Of a DNA stretch of 48,121 nt, positions 28,669-38,869 are shown one piece after another. The stretch is taken from the NCBI GenBank assembly GCA_035650735.1, contig DASRGZ010000052.1, forward strand, positions 1-48,121, in the 5' to 3' direction. This DNA is from Chthonomonadaceae bacterium. Lineage in GTDB: Bacteria > Armatimonadota > Chthonomonadetes > Chthonomonadales > Chthonomonadaceae. The notes beneath the pieces were generated by a model, which saw nothing but the letters and a program-made list of their open reading frames with translations, did not search any database and was not told the origin of the DNA. Both the position numbers and the translations under genes were made by a program. Every line of letters begins with the position of its first letter. Position 1 is the stretch's first letter.

Positions 28669-30111
28669 GTGAAACCTCAAAAGACGCCGGAATCTAGCTC
28701 CAACTTATTACGCCATCTGCCGCCGGTGCATCGCCTGCTGGCCGCGCCCGCCGTCAGCGCGCTGGCCGAACGCCTGCCGTCCGCCCTGCTGACCGAGTCG
28801 GCGCGGGCCGTGCTGGAGGAGGCGCGGTCCCAATTGCGGGTAACGGGCGATGGCGCGCAGGCCGCGCTGCCAACGGAGGCCGAACTGGCGGCGCGCGTGG
28901 CCGAGGAGGCCCTGCGCCGTGCCGCGCCCTCTCTCCAGCGCGCCATCAACGCCACCGGGATCGTGCTGCATACGGGCCTGGGGCGCGCGCGCCTGGCGGA
29001 TGTTGCTCGCGACGCGTTGCTGGAGGTCGCCGATGGGCATTCGCTCGTCGAGATTGATCGGGAGACAGGCCGGAGGGGTTCCCGGCGCGAGCATGTGCGC
29101 GGCCTACTCTGTGAGTTGACTGGCGCGGAGGACGCCACTGTCGTCAACAACTGCGCGGGCGCGGTGTTTCTGGGCGTGACAGTCCTGGCGGCAGGGAAAG
29201 AGGTGCTAATTTCGCGCGGGGAACTGGTCGAGATCGGCGGCGCGTTCCGTATGCCGGATATTATCCGGGCCAGCGGCGCCGCGCTAGTTGAGGTCGGCAC
29301 CACCAATCGCACCCGCCTTTCGGACTACGTCAACGCGATGACGGAGCGCACGGGCCTGATCCTGCGCTGCCATCCCTCCAACTTCGCCATCGTCGGGTTC
29401 ACCGAGGAGACGCCGACGCCCGCTCTGGTCGCCCTGGGCCACGAGCGCGGCCTTCCGGTGATGGACGACCAGGGCAGCGGCGCGTTGATCGCTCCGGCCC
29501 TGCTGGGCCTGCCGGGAACGCAGGGCTCCCTGCGCGAAAGCATCGCGGCAGGTTGTGATCTGGTCACGGCCAGCGGCGATAAGCTCCTAGGCGGGCCGCA
29601 GGCCGGCCTGATGCTGGGCAAGCGCGCCCTCATCGAGCGGATCGCAAAGCACCCGCTCGCCCGCGCCCTGCGCGTGGACAAACTGACCCTGGCGGCACTG
29701 GAGGCGACCCTGCGCCTCTATCGCGACCCGGAGCGCGCCCTGCAAGCCATTCCGACCTTGCGTTACCTAACGCGAACGGAGCCGCAATTGCGCCGCCTGG
29801 CTCAGCGATTGCGCGCCCGATTGCGCGACGTCCTGCCCGCAGACCGCTTCTCCGTGACGCTCGTGCCGGAGCAGTCGCAGGTCGGTGGCGGCTCTCTGCC
29901 CGGCCAGAACTTGCCGACGGTCTGCGTCGCCGTGCGCGCCTACAGCGGCCAGCCCTCGCCCGACGCCATCGCCGCGGCCCTGCGTCGGCACACGCCGCCG
30001 GTCTTTGCGCGCATCAAAGAAGACGCCGTGCTCTTCGACCCGCGCACCCTGGAGCCAGAAGAACTTAACCCCATCGCCGACGCCGCCCGCGCCCTCACCG
30101 GAGCCGCCTGA
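28669..30111 (+). CDS. selA: L-seryl-tRNA(Sec) selenium transferase
   Basis: INATGIVLHTGLGRA, VVNNCAGA, SRGELVEIGGAFRMPD, EVGTTNRT, SGDKLLGGPQAG, GGGSLP. Confidence 0.96.
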   Translation: MKPQKTPESSSNLLRHLPPVHRLLAAPAVSALAERLPSALLTESARAVLEEARSQLRVTGDGAQAALPTEAELAARVAEEALRRAAPSLQRAINATGIVLHTGLGRARLADVARDALLEVADGHSLVEIDRETGRRGSRREHVRGLLCELTGAEDATVVNNCAGAVFLGVTVLAAGKEVLISRGELVEIGGAFRMPDIIRASGAALVEVGTTNRTRLSDYVNAMTERTGLILRCHPSNFAIVGFTEETPTPALVALGHERGLPVMDDQGSGALIAPALLGLPGTQGSLRESIAAGCDLVTASGDKLLGGPQAGLMLGKRALIERIAKHPLARALRVDKLTLAALEATLRLYRDPERALQAIPTLRYLTRTEPQLRRLAQRLRARLRDVLPADRFSVTLVPEQSQVGGGSLPGQNLPTVCVAVRAYSGQPSPDAIAAALRRHTPPVFARIKEDAVLFDPRTLEPEELNPIADAARALTGAA

Positions 30112-30112
30112 C

Positions 30113-30874
30113 ATGCAGCCGCCGCAGACAGAACAACCTGAGTACGACCCGAGGGTGGATGCCCTGCTGGAAACGCTAGCCAAAGAAGCCCGCAAACGAA
30201 GGAAAATCCGCCGCTTCCTGATAGCGGTTTTTATTGCTTTCGTGGTTTGTCGCTTTATACACGCTATCACTTCCCCTGGTCTATTTTCCTGGTTTGAGTG
30301 GGTAAGCCAGACTCTAATGGGTACGCTTGCAATAATAGGCTTGTTCGCAATGTCAGAGGTGCAAAAGCGGGCAACTAAAAAACTCGCCATGTTGGATGAT
30401 GTACGTGCCGTCGGGCCATTGATGGAAGCGTTGGGATACATCGATTCCGAGGTTCGCAAGGTCGCTATCGAGGCGCTGCTGCGTCTGCTGCCGCGTATGC
30501 AGGCCAGCGACGCCCACTTTCTTAATGACGTCCAGCGCAACTGCATGTACAGGGCGCTAAATGCGAAAGAGGAGAACTTTGTCCTGGCCGTTCTGAAAGC
30601 TCTGGAACAGGTCGGAGACAGCAGGGCGCTGCCTCTGGTAGAAAAACTGGCGCAGGGCGATGCTGAAACCTACCAGGAGAAGCGCATTCGAGATGCGGCG
30701 CAGGCGTGCCTACCCTTCCTGCGTCAGCGTATCGAGCAGGAGAGCGCCAGCCGGCAACTGCTGCGCGCCGCCAGCGCCTCCGGCGTGCCTGCCGATACGC
30801 TGCTGCGCCCCGCACAGAGCGTTTCGGAAACCGGCCCGGAGCAGCTTCTGCGCGCCAGCGCGCTGGAACAATAA
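30113..30874 (+). CDS. Membrane protein with HEAT-like repeats and LLR-repeat tail
   Basis: 2 TM helices; AVGPLMEAL, LLRLLP, VLKALEQVGDSRAL, LLRAA..LLRPA..LLRAS. Confidence 0.85.
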   Translation: MQPPQTEQPEYDPRVDALLETLAKEARKRRKIRRFLIAVFIAFVVCRFIHAITSPGLFSWFEWVSQTLMGTLAIIGLFAMSEVQKRATKKLAMLDDVRAVGPLMEALGYIDSEVRKVAIEALLRLLPRMQASDAHFLNDVQRNCMYRALNAKEENFVLAVLKALEQVGDSRALPLVEKLAQGDAETYQEKRIRDAAQACLPFLRQRIEQESASRQLLRAASASGVPADTLLRPAQSVSETGPEQLLRASALEQ

Positions 30875-30912
30875 ATAGAGCCAACACCCCACGCAAGGAG
30901 TTTATCCAGGTC

Positions 30913-31842
30913 ATGTCCACGCTCTCACTGCGCGCGATGCAGCGCGAAGACTGGTCGGAAGTCGCCGAGCTGATCTACGTTTCCACGAATTACTGGTATC
31001 AGACCCATGGACGCCCGCCCATTTTTACCGGCGATCCCGCGAGCACGGAGCTGTTCTGCTCCGTCTATGAGGCGCTCGATCCCGGCTGCTGCCTGGTGGC
31101 AGAGAACACGCGCACGGGGCGATTGGCCGGCTCCTGCTTCTACCATCCCCGGCCCACGCATGTCTCGCTGGGCATCATGAATGTGCATCCCAACTATTTT
31201 GGAACGGGCGTGGCGCGGCTTTTGTTGCGGGCGATCATCGAGATCGCCGAGGGCCAGCATAAGCCGCTGCGGCTCGTCTCCAGCGCGATGAACCTGGACT
31301 CCTTCTCCCTCTATACGCGGGCCGGGTTCGTGCCGCGCACCGCTTACCAGGATATGTACCTGTTCGTGCCGCCGGAGGGCATTTCCTATGATGCGCCCGA
31401 AGCGTCGCGTGTCCGGGAAGCAACGCCGGAGGACGTTGACGCCATTGTCGGGCTGGAGGAGGAGATCCATCATATCCGCCGCGATAAGGATTACCGCTAC
31501 TTCCTGGAGAACCGCGACGGCATCTGGCATACCTCCGTACTGGAAAGCGCGCGCGGCGGCCTGGACGGCTTTCTGGTTTCGGTAGGCCATCCGGGCAGCA
31601 ACATGCTGGGGCCGGGCATGGCCCGCACGCCCGCACAGGCGGCGGCTCTAATCTTTGCGGAGTTAAATCACCATCGGGGACGCCAGCCGGTCTTTCTGGT
31701 GCCGGTGGATAGTGGGGCGCTAGTGCAGGAGATGTATCGGTGGGGCGCGAGGAACTGCGAGCTTCACTTTGCCCAGGCGCGCGGCGAATGGAAACCGCCC
31801 AACGGCATCATCATGCCGACCTTCATGCCGGAGACAGGTTAA
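30913..31842 (+). CDS. GNAT family N-acetyltransferase (two-domain)
   Basis: MNVHPNYFGTGVARLL, SLYTRAGF; RBS AAGGAG. Confidence 0.85.
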   Translation: MSTLSLRAMQREDWSEVAELIYVSTNYWYQTHGRPPIFTGDPASTELFCSVYEALDPGCCLVAENTRTGRLAGSCFYHPRPTHVSLGIMNVHPNYFGTGVARLLLRAIIEIAEGQHKPLRLVSSAMNLDSFSLYTRAGFVPRTAYQDMYLFVPPEGISYDAPEASRVREATPEDVDAIVGLEEEIHHIRRDKDYRYFLENRDGIWHTSVLESARGGLDGFLVSVGHPGSNMLGPGMARTPAQAAALIFAELNHHRGRQPVFLVPVDSGALVQEMYRWGARNCELHFAQARGEWKPPNGIIMPTFMPETG

Positions 31843-31850
31843 CGCGTGGA

Positions 31851-32024
31851 CTTACCTAACCCCCCGGCCCCCTTCCCTGATTCGCCGCTAACGCGGCAGG
31901 GAAGGGGGGGACCCGGCTTCGGCTCTCCCTTCTCCCTGCAAGGGAGAAGGGAAGGGGATGAGGGGAGAACCTGACTTCTCCTCTCTCCTCTCCCGCAGCG
32001 TGGGAGAGGAAAGGGGGTGAGGCC
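31851..32024. repeat. REP-like family C composite (three purine/pyrimidine hairpins)
   Basis: ccccttccctg..cagggaagggg; cccttctccct..agggagaaggg; cctctccc..gggagagg; inverted homolog at 36315-36817. Confidence 0.85.
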
Positions 32025-32028
32025 TTTA

Positions 32029-32379
32029 TCAGAAGGCTTCCCGGTCGGTGGAAGCCAGGCGGGCCTCCAGTTGACGCACGCGCGCTTCCAATTCGTCAAC
32101 GCGCTCCAGCAGATCGGCCACCATCCCCATTCCATGCCAGGGCAGCCCTAAATCCCGGCGCAGCCGCAGCAGACGCCGCAGCCGACGTACCATCGCGGGC
32201 GCAAACAGCGGCTCTCCCTGCCACTCCAGGGCAGGCTCCAGCACGCCCAGGCAATAGAGGCGCCGGATCAACTCCGGGTGCTGATCCGTGCAGCGAGCCA
32301 GATCCTGGCTATCCAGTAGCCCATCGGCGGCATGGGCCACGCGCGCGCTATAGCGGGCCAGGATAAACTGTGTCGTCAC
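32029..32379 (-). CDS. MerR-like chaperone modulator CbpM / HspR-like protein
   Basis: LARCT..HPELIRRLYCLGVLEP, RLRRDLG, DLLERVDELE; last gene of the dnaK operon. Confidence 0.8.
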   Translation of the reverse strand: MTTQFILARYSARVAHAADGLLDSQDLARCTDQHPELIRRLYCLGVLEPALEWQGEPLFAPAMVRRLRRLLRLRRDLGLPWHGMGMVADLLERVDELEARVRQLEARLASTDREAF

Positions 32380-32394
32380 GGGCTTGTCTCCTCG

Positions 32395-33348
32395 TTAACG
32401 CTGGCGCGGGTTGAAATCAGACGCGCTGCGCAGTTCTTCAAACAGTTGGCGCTCTCGGTCAGAAAGCTTCCTGGGCACCTCAATGCGTATGGCGGCGTAG
32501 AGGTCGCCGCGCTGGCCGCTGCGGTCAGGCAGGCCCTGCCCGCGCAACCGCAGCCGCTTGCCGGAGCCGGTGCCGGCGGGAAGCTTGGCCTGCACCGCCC
32601 CGTCCAGGGTGGGCACGGGAATATCGGCCCCCAGGGCGGCCTCCCAGGGCGTGACCGGCACCTCGGTCACCAGATCCCGCCCCTCCACGCGGAAGTTCGG
32701 GTGCGGCGCAATATGCACCCGGATAAATAGGTCGCCGGGCTCGCCGCCATTCATGCCAGGCGCTCCCTGGCCGGCCAGGCGCAGCAGAGCGCCGTCCGGG
32801 GTGCCGGGCGGGATGCGCACGTCGTAGTTCTTGGTAGTCTCGCGCACGCGCCCCTGGGCGTCTCGCTCGGGCACCCGCAACGCGATGGTGCGCGTGGCCC
32901 CGCGATAGACATCCTCCAGCGGCACCGTGATTTCGGCCTCGATGTCCTCTCCACGCACGCGCGTGGGGCCGCGACGGGCGCGCGTCCTGGCGCCCATGCC
33001 CCCAAACAGCGACGAAAAGAAGTCGCTGAAGTCCCCGCCGCCAAAGGCAGACTCGAACTCCTCCGGACTGACCGTCCGATACTCATAGCCATAGCCCGGC
33101 GGCGGCGTGAACTCCTGTCCGGCACGCCAGTTGGGGCCTAGCGCGTCGTATTTGCGCCGCTTCTCCGGGTCGCGCAGCACCTCATAGGCCTCGTTGATCT
33201 GCTTGAACTTCTCCTCAGCCTCGGGCGCTTTGTTCACGTCCGGGTGATACTTGCGCGCCAATTTGCGGAAAGCGGCCTGGATCTGCTCCTGGGTGGCGTC
33301 GCGCGACACTCCGAGAACGTCATAATAGTCCTGAAACGTAACCGCCAT
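32395..33348 (-). CDS. J-domain protein lacking Zn finger (CbpA/DnaJ class B)
   Basis: [33 protein letters not shown]. Confidence 0.92.
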   Translation of the reverse strand: MAVTFQDYYDVLGVSRDATQEQIQAAFRKLARKYHPDVNKAPEAEEKFKQINEAYEVLRDPEKRRKYDALGPNWRAGQEFTPPPGYGYEYRTVSPEEFESAFGGGDFSDFFSSLFGGMGARTRARRGPTRVRGEDIEAEITVPLEDVYRGATRTIALRVPERDAQGRVRETTKNYDVRIPPGTPDGALLRLAGQGAPGMNGGEPGDLFIRVHIAPHPNFRVEGRDLVTEVPVTPWEAALGADIPVPTLDGAVQAKLPAGTGSGKRLRLRGQGLPDRSGQRGDLYAAIRIEVPRKLSDRERQLFEELRSASDFNPRQR

Positions 33349-33375
33349 ACTATAGCCTCAAAATGCACAAATTTG

Positions 33376-33657
33376 ACCTCACCCCCGGCCCCTCTCCTTC
33401 ACAAGGAGAGGGGAGAGCACAAGCCAGGACGTGCTTCTGCCCGCGTCGGTGTCGCAAGGCGGAGGGCCGAATTATTGCAGGCCCGACCCTGGCAGTCAGC
33501 ATGATCTCTGCCCACGTAGGTGGGCAGCGGGCCGCAGCCTGCTCCTGAAGGCTCAGGGCCACGCACGTTGCCTCTTCTCTGCCCACGTAGGTGGGCAGCA
33601 GGCCGTAGGCCCCACAGCGGCAGGGTTTAGCCTGCCGCTTCAGGGCTGGGTTAGGTC
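33376..33657. repeat. Family C composite repeat inside the dnaK operon, with a 45-nt module and two GTAG-loop hairpins
   Basis: tctctgcccacgtaggtgggcagc at 33505 and 33576; 57 nt identical to 1400-1456. Confidence 0.85.
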
Positions 33658-34170
33658 TTAATGCCGACTCACCACCACGCGGGCCGGGCGCAGCAGCCGA
33701 TCTCCCAGTCGGTAGCCGCGCTCGACGACCTCGACGACGATGCCGTCGGCAGCGTCGGCCTGCGCGGTGGCGACAACCTCCTGCCAGGCCGGGTCAAACG
33801 GCTGCCCGACATCGTCAATCGGCTGCACGCCGTTGCGCTGCAGCACCGCCAGCAACTGCCGATAGACAGCCTCGATGCCGGCGCGCAGATTCCCCGACTC
33901 CCCGGCGGCCAGCGCCCGCTCCAGGTTATCCACCACGGGCAGCAGGTCGCGCAGGATGGCTTCCCGGTCCTGCTCGCGCAGGCGATCCAGTTCCCGGTCG
34001 AAGCGCCGACGGTAGTTCTCCAGATCGGCCAGCGCGCGCTTCCTCTGATCCTGGGTGCGCGCCAGCTCCTCCTCCAACTGGGCGTTACGCGCCGCCTGCC
34101 GTTCTCCCTCCCTACCGGTCGTTTCGGCAGAGAGGGCGGACGGCGGGGCGCTCTGGTTGCTATCCACCAT
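33658..34170 (-). CDS. grpE: Nucleotide exchange factor GrpE
   Basis: RALADLENYRRR, LLPVVDNLERAL, FDP, GY..GDRLLRPARVVV. Confidence 0.95.
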   Translation of the reverse strand: MVDSNQSAPPSALSAETTGREGERQAARNAQLEEELARTQDQRKRALADLENYRRRFDRELDRLREQDREAILRDLLPVVDNLERALAAGESGNLRAGIEAVYRQLLAVLQRNGVQPIDDVGQPFDPAWQEVVATAQADAADGIVVEVVERGYRLGDRLLRPARVVVSRH

Positions 34171-34184
34171 CTCCGTCCGCTCCT

Positions 34185-36098
34185 TTACTCTCGACGCGTG
34201 AACTCGGTATCAATGACCTCTTCCCCGGCGCGTCCCTGCGCTCCGGGCTCCTGGGGCCTGGCGCCGGTGCGTCCTTGATGCGCCTCGTCCATCGGCACCT
34301 CCTGGTACATCGCCTCGCCCAGGCCGTAGGCCGCCTGCTGAAGGTCGCCGATCAGGGGCCGCAGCCGATCCGTGCCCGCGTTTTGCTGAATGGCTTGCCG
34401 CAGGTCGGAGATCAACTGCTCGCAGCGCGCCTTGACATGCGCGGGCGCGCGCTCGCCCAGGTCGCGCAGCTGCCGCTCCACCTGATAGATCAGCGCGTCG
34501 GCTTCGTTGCGGGTGTCCGCCTCCTCGCGGCGGCGCTTGTCCTCGGCAGCATGCTGGGCCGCATCCTGAACCATACGCTCGATCTCGGACTTCTCCAGGT
34601 TCGTCGAGCCGCTGATGGTGATCTTCTGCTCCTTGCCGCTGGCCTTGTCGCGGGCCGAGACGTTGAGGATGCCGTTGGCGTCAATGTCGAAGGTCACCTC
34701 GATCTGGGGCACGCCGCGCGGGGCTGCCGGAATGCCCTCCAGCCGGAAGCGCCCGAGCTGGCGGTTATCGCGCGCCATTTCGCGCTCACCCTGCAATACC
34801 ACGACCTCCACGCCGGGCTGGTTGTCCTCGGCGGTGGTGAATATCTCGGTCTTGCGCGTCGGAATGGTGGTGTTGCGCTCGATGAGCCGGGTCATCACGC
34901 CGCCCTGAGTCTCCACGCCCAGGGAGAGCGGGGTCACGTCCAGCAAGACGACGTTCTCTACCTCGCCCGCGAGCACGCCCGCCTGGATCGCCGCGCCGAC
35001 CGCCACGACCTCATCCGGGTTGACGCTCTGGTTGGGCTGCTTGCCGCCGGTCAGCTTGCGGACCAGCTCCTGCACCGCCGGGATGCGCGTCGCGCCGCCG
35101 ACCAGGATGACCTCGTCAATGTCCTGGGCCGTCAGGCCGGCGTCCGAGAGCGCGCGCTCGACGGGGCCGCGGCAGCGCTCCACCAGATCGCGGGTGAGCT
35201 CGTCGAACTTGGCACGCGTCAGCGTCGTCACCAGATGCAGCGGGCCGGTGGCCGTCGCCGTAATAAACGGCAGGTTGATCTCGGTCTGCGTCACCGAAGA
35301 GAGCTCGATCTTGGCTCTTTCCGCCGCCTCGGTCAGGCGCTGCAGGGCCTGCCGGTCTTTGCGCAGATCCACGCCCTCATCCTTAAGGAACTGCTCGGCC
35401 ACGTAATCCACGATGCGCTTGTCGAAGTCATCGCCGCCCAAGTGCGTGTCGCCGCTGGTGGCGCGCACCTCGAAGACGCCCTCGCCAACGTCCAGAATGG
35501 AGATGTCGAAGGTGCCGCCGCCCAGATCGAAGACCAGGATCGTCTCGTTGGCTTTGCGGTCCAGGCCATAGGCCAGGGAGGCCGCCGTCGGCTCATTGAT
35601 GATGCGCAGCACGTTTAATCCAGCGATCCGTCCGGCGTCGCGAGTGGCGGTGCGCTGGGCATCGTTGAAGTAGGCCGGGACGGTGATGACCGCGTCGGTG
35701 ACCTTCTCGCCCAGGTACTTGCTGGCGTCGTCCACCAGCTTGCGCAGCACCGCCGCCGAAATCTCCTCCGGCGCAACCATCTTGCCGCGCACGTCGAAGC
35801 GCACCGTGTCGTTGGGGCCAGGGACGACCTTATAGGAGACGAGCTTACTCTCCGCCTCGACCTCCGTCCACTTGCGCCCGATGAAGCGCTTGGCTGAGTA
35901 GATGGTGCCCTCCGGGTTCATCACAGCCTGACGCTTGGCCAACTGGCCCACCAGCCGCGTGCCGTCTTTGGTATACGCGACCACGGAGGGCGTCAATCGG
36001 TGGCCTTCGGCGTTGGGAATGACGGTGGGCCGACCGCCTTCCATCACCGCAACAACCGAGTTAGTCGTACCTAAATCAATTCCAACTGCCTTCGCCAT
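34185..36098 (-). CDS. dnaK: Chaperone DnaK
   Basis: [40 protein letters not shown]. Confidence 0.98.
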   Translation of the reverse strand: MAKAVGIDLGTTNSVVAVMEGGRPTVIPNAEGHRLTPSVVAYTKDGTRLVGQLAKRQAVMNPEGTIYSAKRFIGRKWTEVEAESKLVSYKVVPGPNDTVRFDVRGKMVAPEEISAAVLRKLVDDASKYLGEKVTDAVITVPAYFNDAQRTATRDAGRIAGLNVLRIINEPTAASLAYGLDRKANETILVFDLGGGTFDISILDVGEGVFEVRATSGDTHLGGDDFDKRIVDYVAEQFLKDEGVDLRKDRQALQRLTEAAERAKIELSSVTQTEINLPFITATATGPLHLVTTLTRAKFDELTRDLVERCRGPVERALSDAGLTAQDIDEVILVGGATRIPAVQELVRKLTGGKQPNQSVNPDEVVAVGAAIQAGVLAGEVENVVLLDVTPLSLGVETQGGVMTRLIERNTTIPTRKTEIFTTAEDNQPGVEVVVLQGEREMARDNRQLGRFRLEGIPAAPRGVPQIEVTFDIDANGILNVSARDKASGKEQKITISGSTNLEKSEIERMVQDAAQHAAEDKRRREEADTRNEADALIYQVERQLRDLGERAPAHVKARCEQLISDLRQAIQQNAGTDRLRPLIGDLQQAAYGLGEAMYQEVPMDEAHQGRTGARPQEPGAQGRAGEEVIDTEFTRRE

Positions 36099-36225
36099 AA
36101 AACCTACCTCCATCACGGGATCTATGATTTACCGCTCACTTTAGAAAGGCGCTCCCATCTGGAGGGCACCTTGCCTCTGTGCGCGTTTATAACTGCCTCT
36201 TTTGTCTGTCTTTCCTATATAAAAT

Positions 36226-36251
36226 AACGCAATCTACCAGGACTTAGTTCC
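36226..36251 (-). promoter_or_regulatory. ECF-sigma-type promoter (GGAAC-N17-CGTT) for the dnaK operon
   Basis: Minus strand ggaac-taagtcctggtagattg-cgtt, like SigH/SigR consensus. Confidence 0.55.
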
Positions 36252-36266
36252 CATACACGCAATTGA

Positions 36267-36287
36267 ATTGAGTGCAATCTACTCAAT
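36267..36287. promoter_or_regulatory. HAIR-like operator (HspR-associated inverted repeat)
   Basis: ATTGAGT-N7-ACTCAAT versus consensus CTTGAGT-N7-ACTCAAG, upstream of dnaK. Confidence 0.75.
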
Positions 36288-36314
36288 ACTGAGTTTGTGG
36301 CAGAAGCTCAAACC

Positions 36315-36817
36315 GGCCTAACCCCCTTCCCCTACTGCTCGGGGCGGCAGGGTGCTGCAAGGAACGGGCCTGCCATGGTTGGGCCCTCTGCCTTGCGAGG
36401 CCCTTGCCTCCGCCTAGCCACACCTGGCGACCCTACAAGGGAAGGGAGGGACCCGACCGGAGATGGTTGTGGCCCTCACCCCCGGCCCCTCATGCAGGGT
36501 GTAGGGAGTAGGGTATAGGGTGTAGGGGCGCCCTCCCCCCCCATTCCCTACTGCCAGGGTCGGGCCTGCAATGGACTGCCAGGGTCGGCAAGGTTACGGC
36601 TCTTGCCTCCGCCTGGCCACACCTGGCGACACCCCTCGCCTAGCGATCCACACTGCGGGAGAGGGGAGACCCCACTCCCAGGTTCTTGGGTTCTGCCATA
36701 TCTCCCCTCCTCCCCGGCCCTTCTCCCTCCAAGGGAGAAGGGGAGAGCAGAAGCCGGGTCCCCCCTTCCCTGCCCGCTCGTTCCTCGCTAGGGAAGGGGG
36801 ATGGAGGGTTAGGTAAG
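36315..36817. repeat. Expanded family C composite with nested 45-nt modules and G-rich heptamer tract
   Basis: Ends match the reverse complement of 31851-32024; ~310 nt of extra nested modules at 36333-36646. Confidence 0.85.
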
Positions 36818-36828
36818 GGCATCCAGGC

Positions 36829-37449
36829 TCAGGGCTTGCCGGTCTTGGCGCTGGGGGCGGTGCCGATGGCCGACGGGCCCATGCTGGCTGCGTCCGACGG
36901 GCCACCGCCGGTGGTCGTGCCTGCGGTAGCGCCATACCCGGTTCCTGCGGTGTTCTCCACGCCGACCCCCGGCGTGCCCAGGCTCTCGGTCGTCGGCGCA
37001 CCGATCATGCCGGTGGAAGGCGTATTCAAAGCCGCATCCAGGGCCGTGCCGGGGCTGCCCAGGCCCGCGTTGCCCGCGTTGCCCGTGCCTGCCGGATCGA
37101 GATTGCCGATGCTTGGCAGGCCGCGAGCGCCCGTGGCAGAAGTATCCACGTTATCTACATCGCCTAGATTGCCCTCGTCTCCCAGATTGGAGGACTTGAC
37201 CGGGCCTGCGTTGGCGTTCCCTATCTCGCCCGTCGTGGGCAGCAACCGGTCGCCCGTCCCCGTAATACCCATCTCCCTATCCGCCAGCGCGCTGCCCGAT
37301 TGGCCGACACGGATATGGCCGGTGTCCAGCACCTCCTCGGGCTCGATACGGTCTGGCTGGGAAGTTCGGGGAAGGCGCTGGCGCATCTGATCGGGAGTGT
37401 CAACGTTCGGGCTATCAGGAGTATCGGATCGCTCTTGTCGTCGTGGCAT
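36829..37449 (-). CDS. Low-complexity Gly/Thr-rich hydrophilic protein (206 aa)
   Basis: GAGGAG RBS, ATG; likely disordered. Confidence 0.75.
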   Translation of the reverse strand: MPRRQERSDTPDSPNVDTPDQMRQRLPRTSQPDRIEPEEVLDTGHIRVGQSGSALADREMGITGTGDRLLPTTGEIGNANAGPVKSSNLGDEGNLGDVDNVDTSATGARGLPSIGNLDPAGTGNAGNAGLGSPGTALDAALNTPSTGMIGAPTTESLGTPGVGVENTAGTGYGATAGTTTGGGPSDAASMGPSAIGTAPSAKTGKP

Positions 37450-38010
37450 GCTGCTATCTCCTCATGGGATGGATCGCCTCTTCCATCGAGAGAACATGGG
37501 TACGACGCGATTGCCGGCGCTAATTGTTTCCGCGGTTTCCGCCGATGGTTGGGGTAAGGCGTCTGCTCCAGAGGCGTCGGTTGCCTGTCTAGTGGGCCCT
37601 GTATCGCCGAAAAAAGGCAGTATATTTCTTTTTATGGAGAGAAAAATCTAACCTAAGTCAGATACTCTTACCGGACATGGCGCGATCTAGCTTTTAGAGA
37701 CCACGCCATGCGCCAGCTCCGCAGGTGGTCAAGAGTTCGGATAGTATCCAGGTTCGACCCGCATTGGTGCCCACTGCTAACCATCCGCTTTTGCCCACCT
37801 GCTCCTAATCCTGTAGGATTCAGCATGCAGGGAAGGCAGAGGGCGCAGCAAGCCCTCTGGCCCGCAGCCAACGGCGCATCTTGGACGTGAGAGAAGCTAC
37901 AACAGATTAAAGAACAAGGGGCAATAGATTCAAGAAAAGGCGCAATCGCAGCCCGTCTATCCAATGTTCTTTTGTTCTTTACGAATGGGCTAGTTAAGGA
38001 GTAAGAGCAG

Positions 38011-38664
38011 ATGAACCAACAGACGACATTGACAACAGACACGAGCGTACAGCACGTACCGCGTCAGGACGTCACAGCAGAGGGTTATTCGGTGATGACA
38101 CAGGCGCCGGTTGCTGCCGTGATTCCGGAGAAGGTATACTGGGGGCCAATCTGGGCCGGCTTTCTGACCGGCCTGGGGGCGTTTCTGATCGTCGAGACGT
38201 TCCTGTACTGGGTCACCGCCCTAACGCTGAGCATCGGGCCTAACGGCGTCGTCTCGGCGGGGCCGAATAACGATTGGATTTCGGGCCTTATCGCCATCGG
38301 CGCTTTCTTCCTGGGCGGCTGGATTGCGGCGGCCAACGCGCCGGTACGCCGGCCCGGCCCGGCGGCAATGAACGGCTTGCTGGTCTGGTCGCTGGGCGTC
38401 GGCCTGATTCTGGCGGGCGCGGCGGCGGGAGCCGGGATGTTCCTGGGTCCCTTCGGCCATGCGTTTAGCCGGTTCATGATCGGCGGTGGCGGCGCTATCG
38501 CCATGTCCCGGGGCGCGGCTCTCAACTTCGCCGCCAGCACCCAGGCGGCTGCCGGTTGGGGCTGCCTGTTCCTGTTCCTGACGGCGATCTCGGCCATACT
38601 TGGCGGCTACTGTGGAGCGATGGCGAAATGGCGCAACGTTCCGCCCACGCCTCCTGCCAGCTAA
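38011..38664 (+). CDS. Gly/Ala-rich 4-TM membrane protein
   Basis: VYWGPIWAG, AFFLGGWIAA, NGLLVW; RBS AAGGAG. Confidence 0.85.
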   Translation: MNQQTTLTTDTSVQHVPRQDVTAEGYSVMTQAPVAAVIPEKVYWGPIWAGFLTGLGAFLIVETFLYWVTALTLSIGPNGVVSAGPNNDWISGLIAIGAFFLGGWIAAANAPVRRPGPAAMNGLLVWSLGVGLILAGAAAGAGMFLGPFGHAFSRFMIGGGGAIAMSRGAALNFAASTQAAAGWGCLFLFLTAISAILGGYCGAMAKWRNVPPTPPAS

Positions 38665-38869
38665 GGCGCGCTAACCGCCGGCGCTTGAGAAGCGAAGGCG
38701 TGTCTACAGGGCCATCCGTGCGCGCAGATCCCTGCGCACGGATGGGCCATTTTGTTGTCTCTCTGCCAGGCCAGCCCCGCTGAAGCTGTGTTTTGGCCTG
38801 CAAACGCAGGAATCGGGCTTTTCTCCGGCTAAACTCCTCGCACCTAGCCTAGTTTATAACGGAGTTCCG

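Noticed and set aside
34275..35618. Long antisense ORFs (also 8169-9560, 10998-12407, 41463-42965, 43178-44707)
   Set aside because: Shadow frames of high-GC genes with no recognisable motifs
36594..36831. Selenocysteine read-through of the TGA ending the 206-aa ORF
   Set aside because: Downstream sequence is the family C repeat, with no redox motif or credible SECIS
37660..38000. tRNA (including tRNA-Sec) or riboswitch in this long intergenic region (contains ggttcgacc)
   Set aside because: No cloverleaf could be folded around the T-loop-like word; only scattered short hairpins
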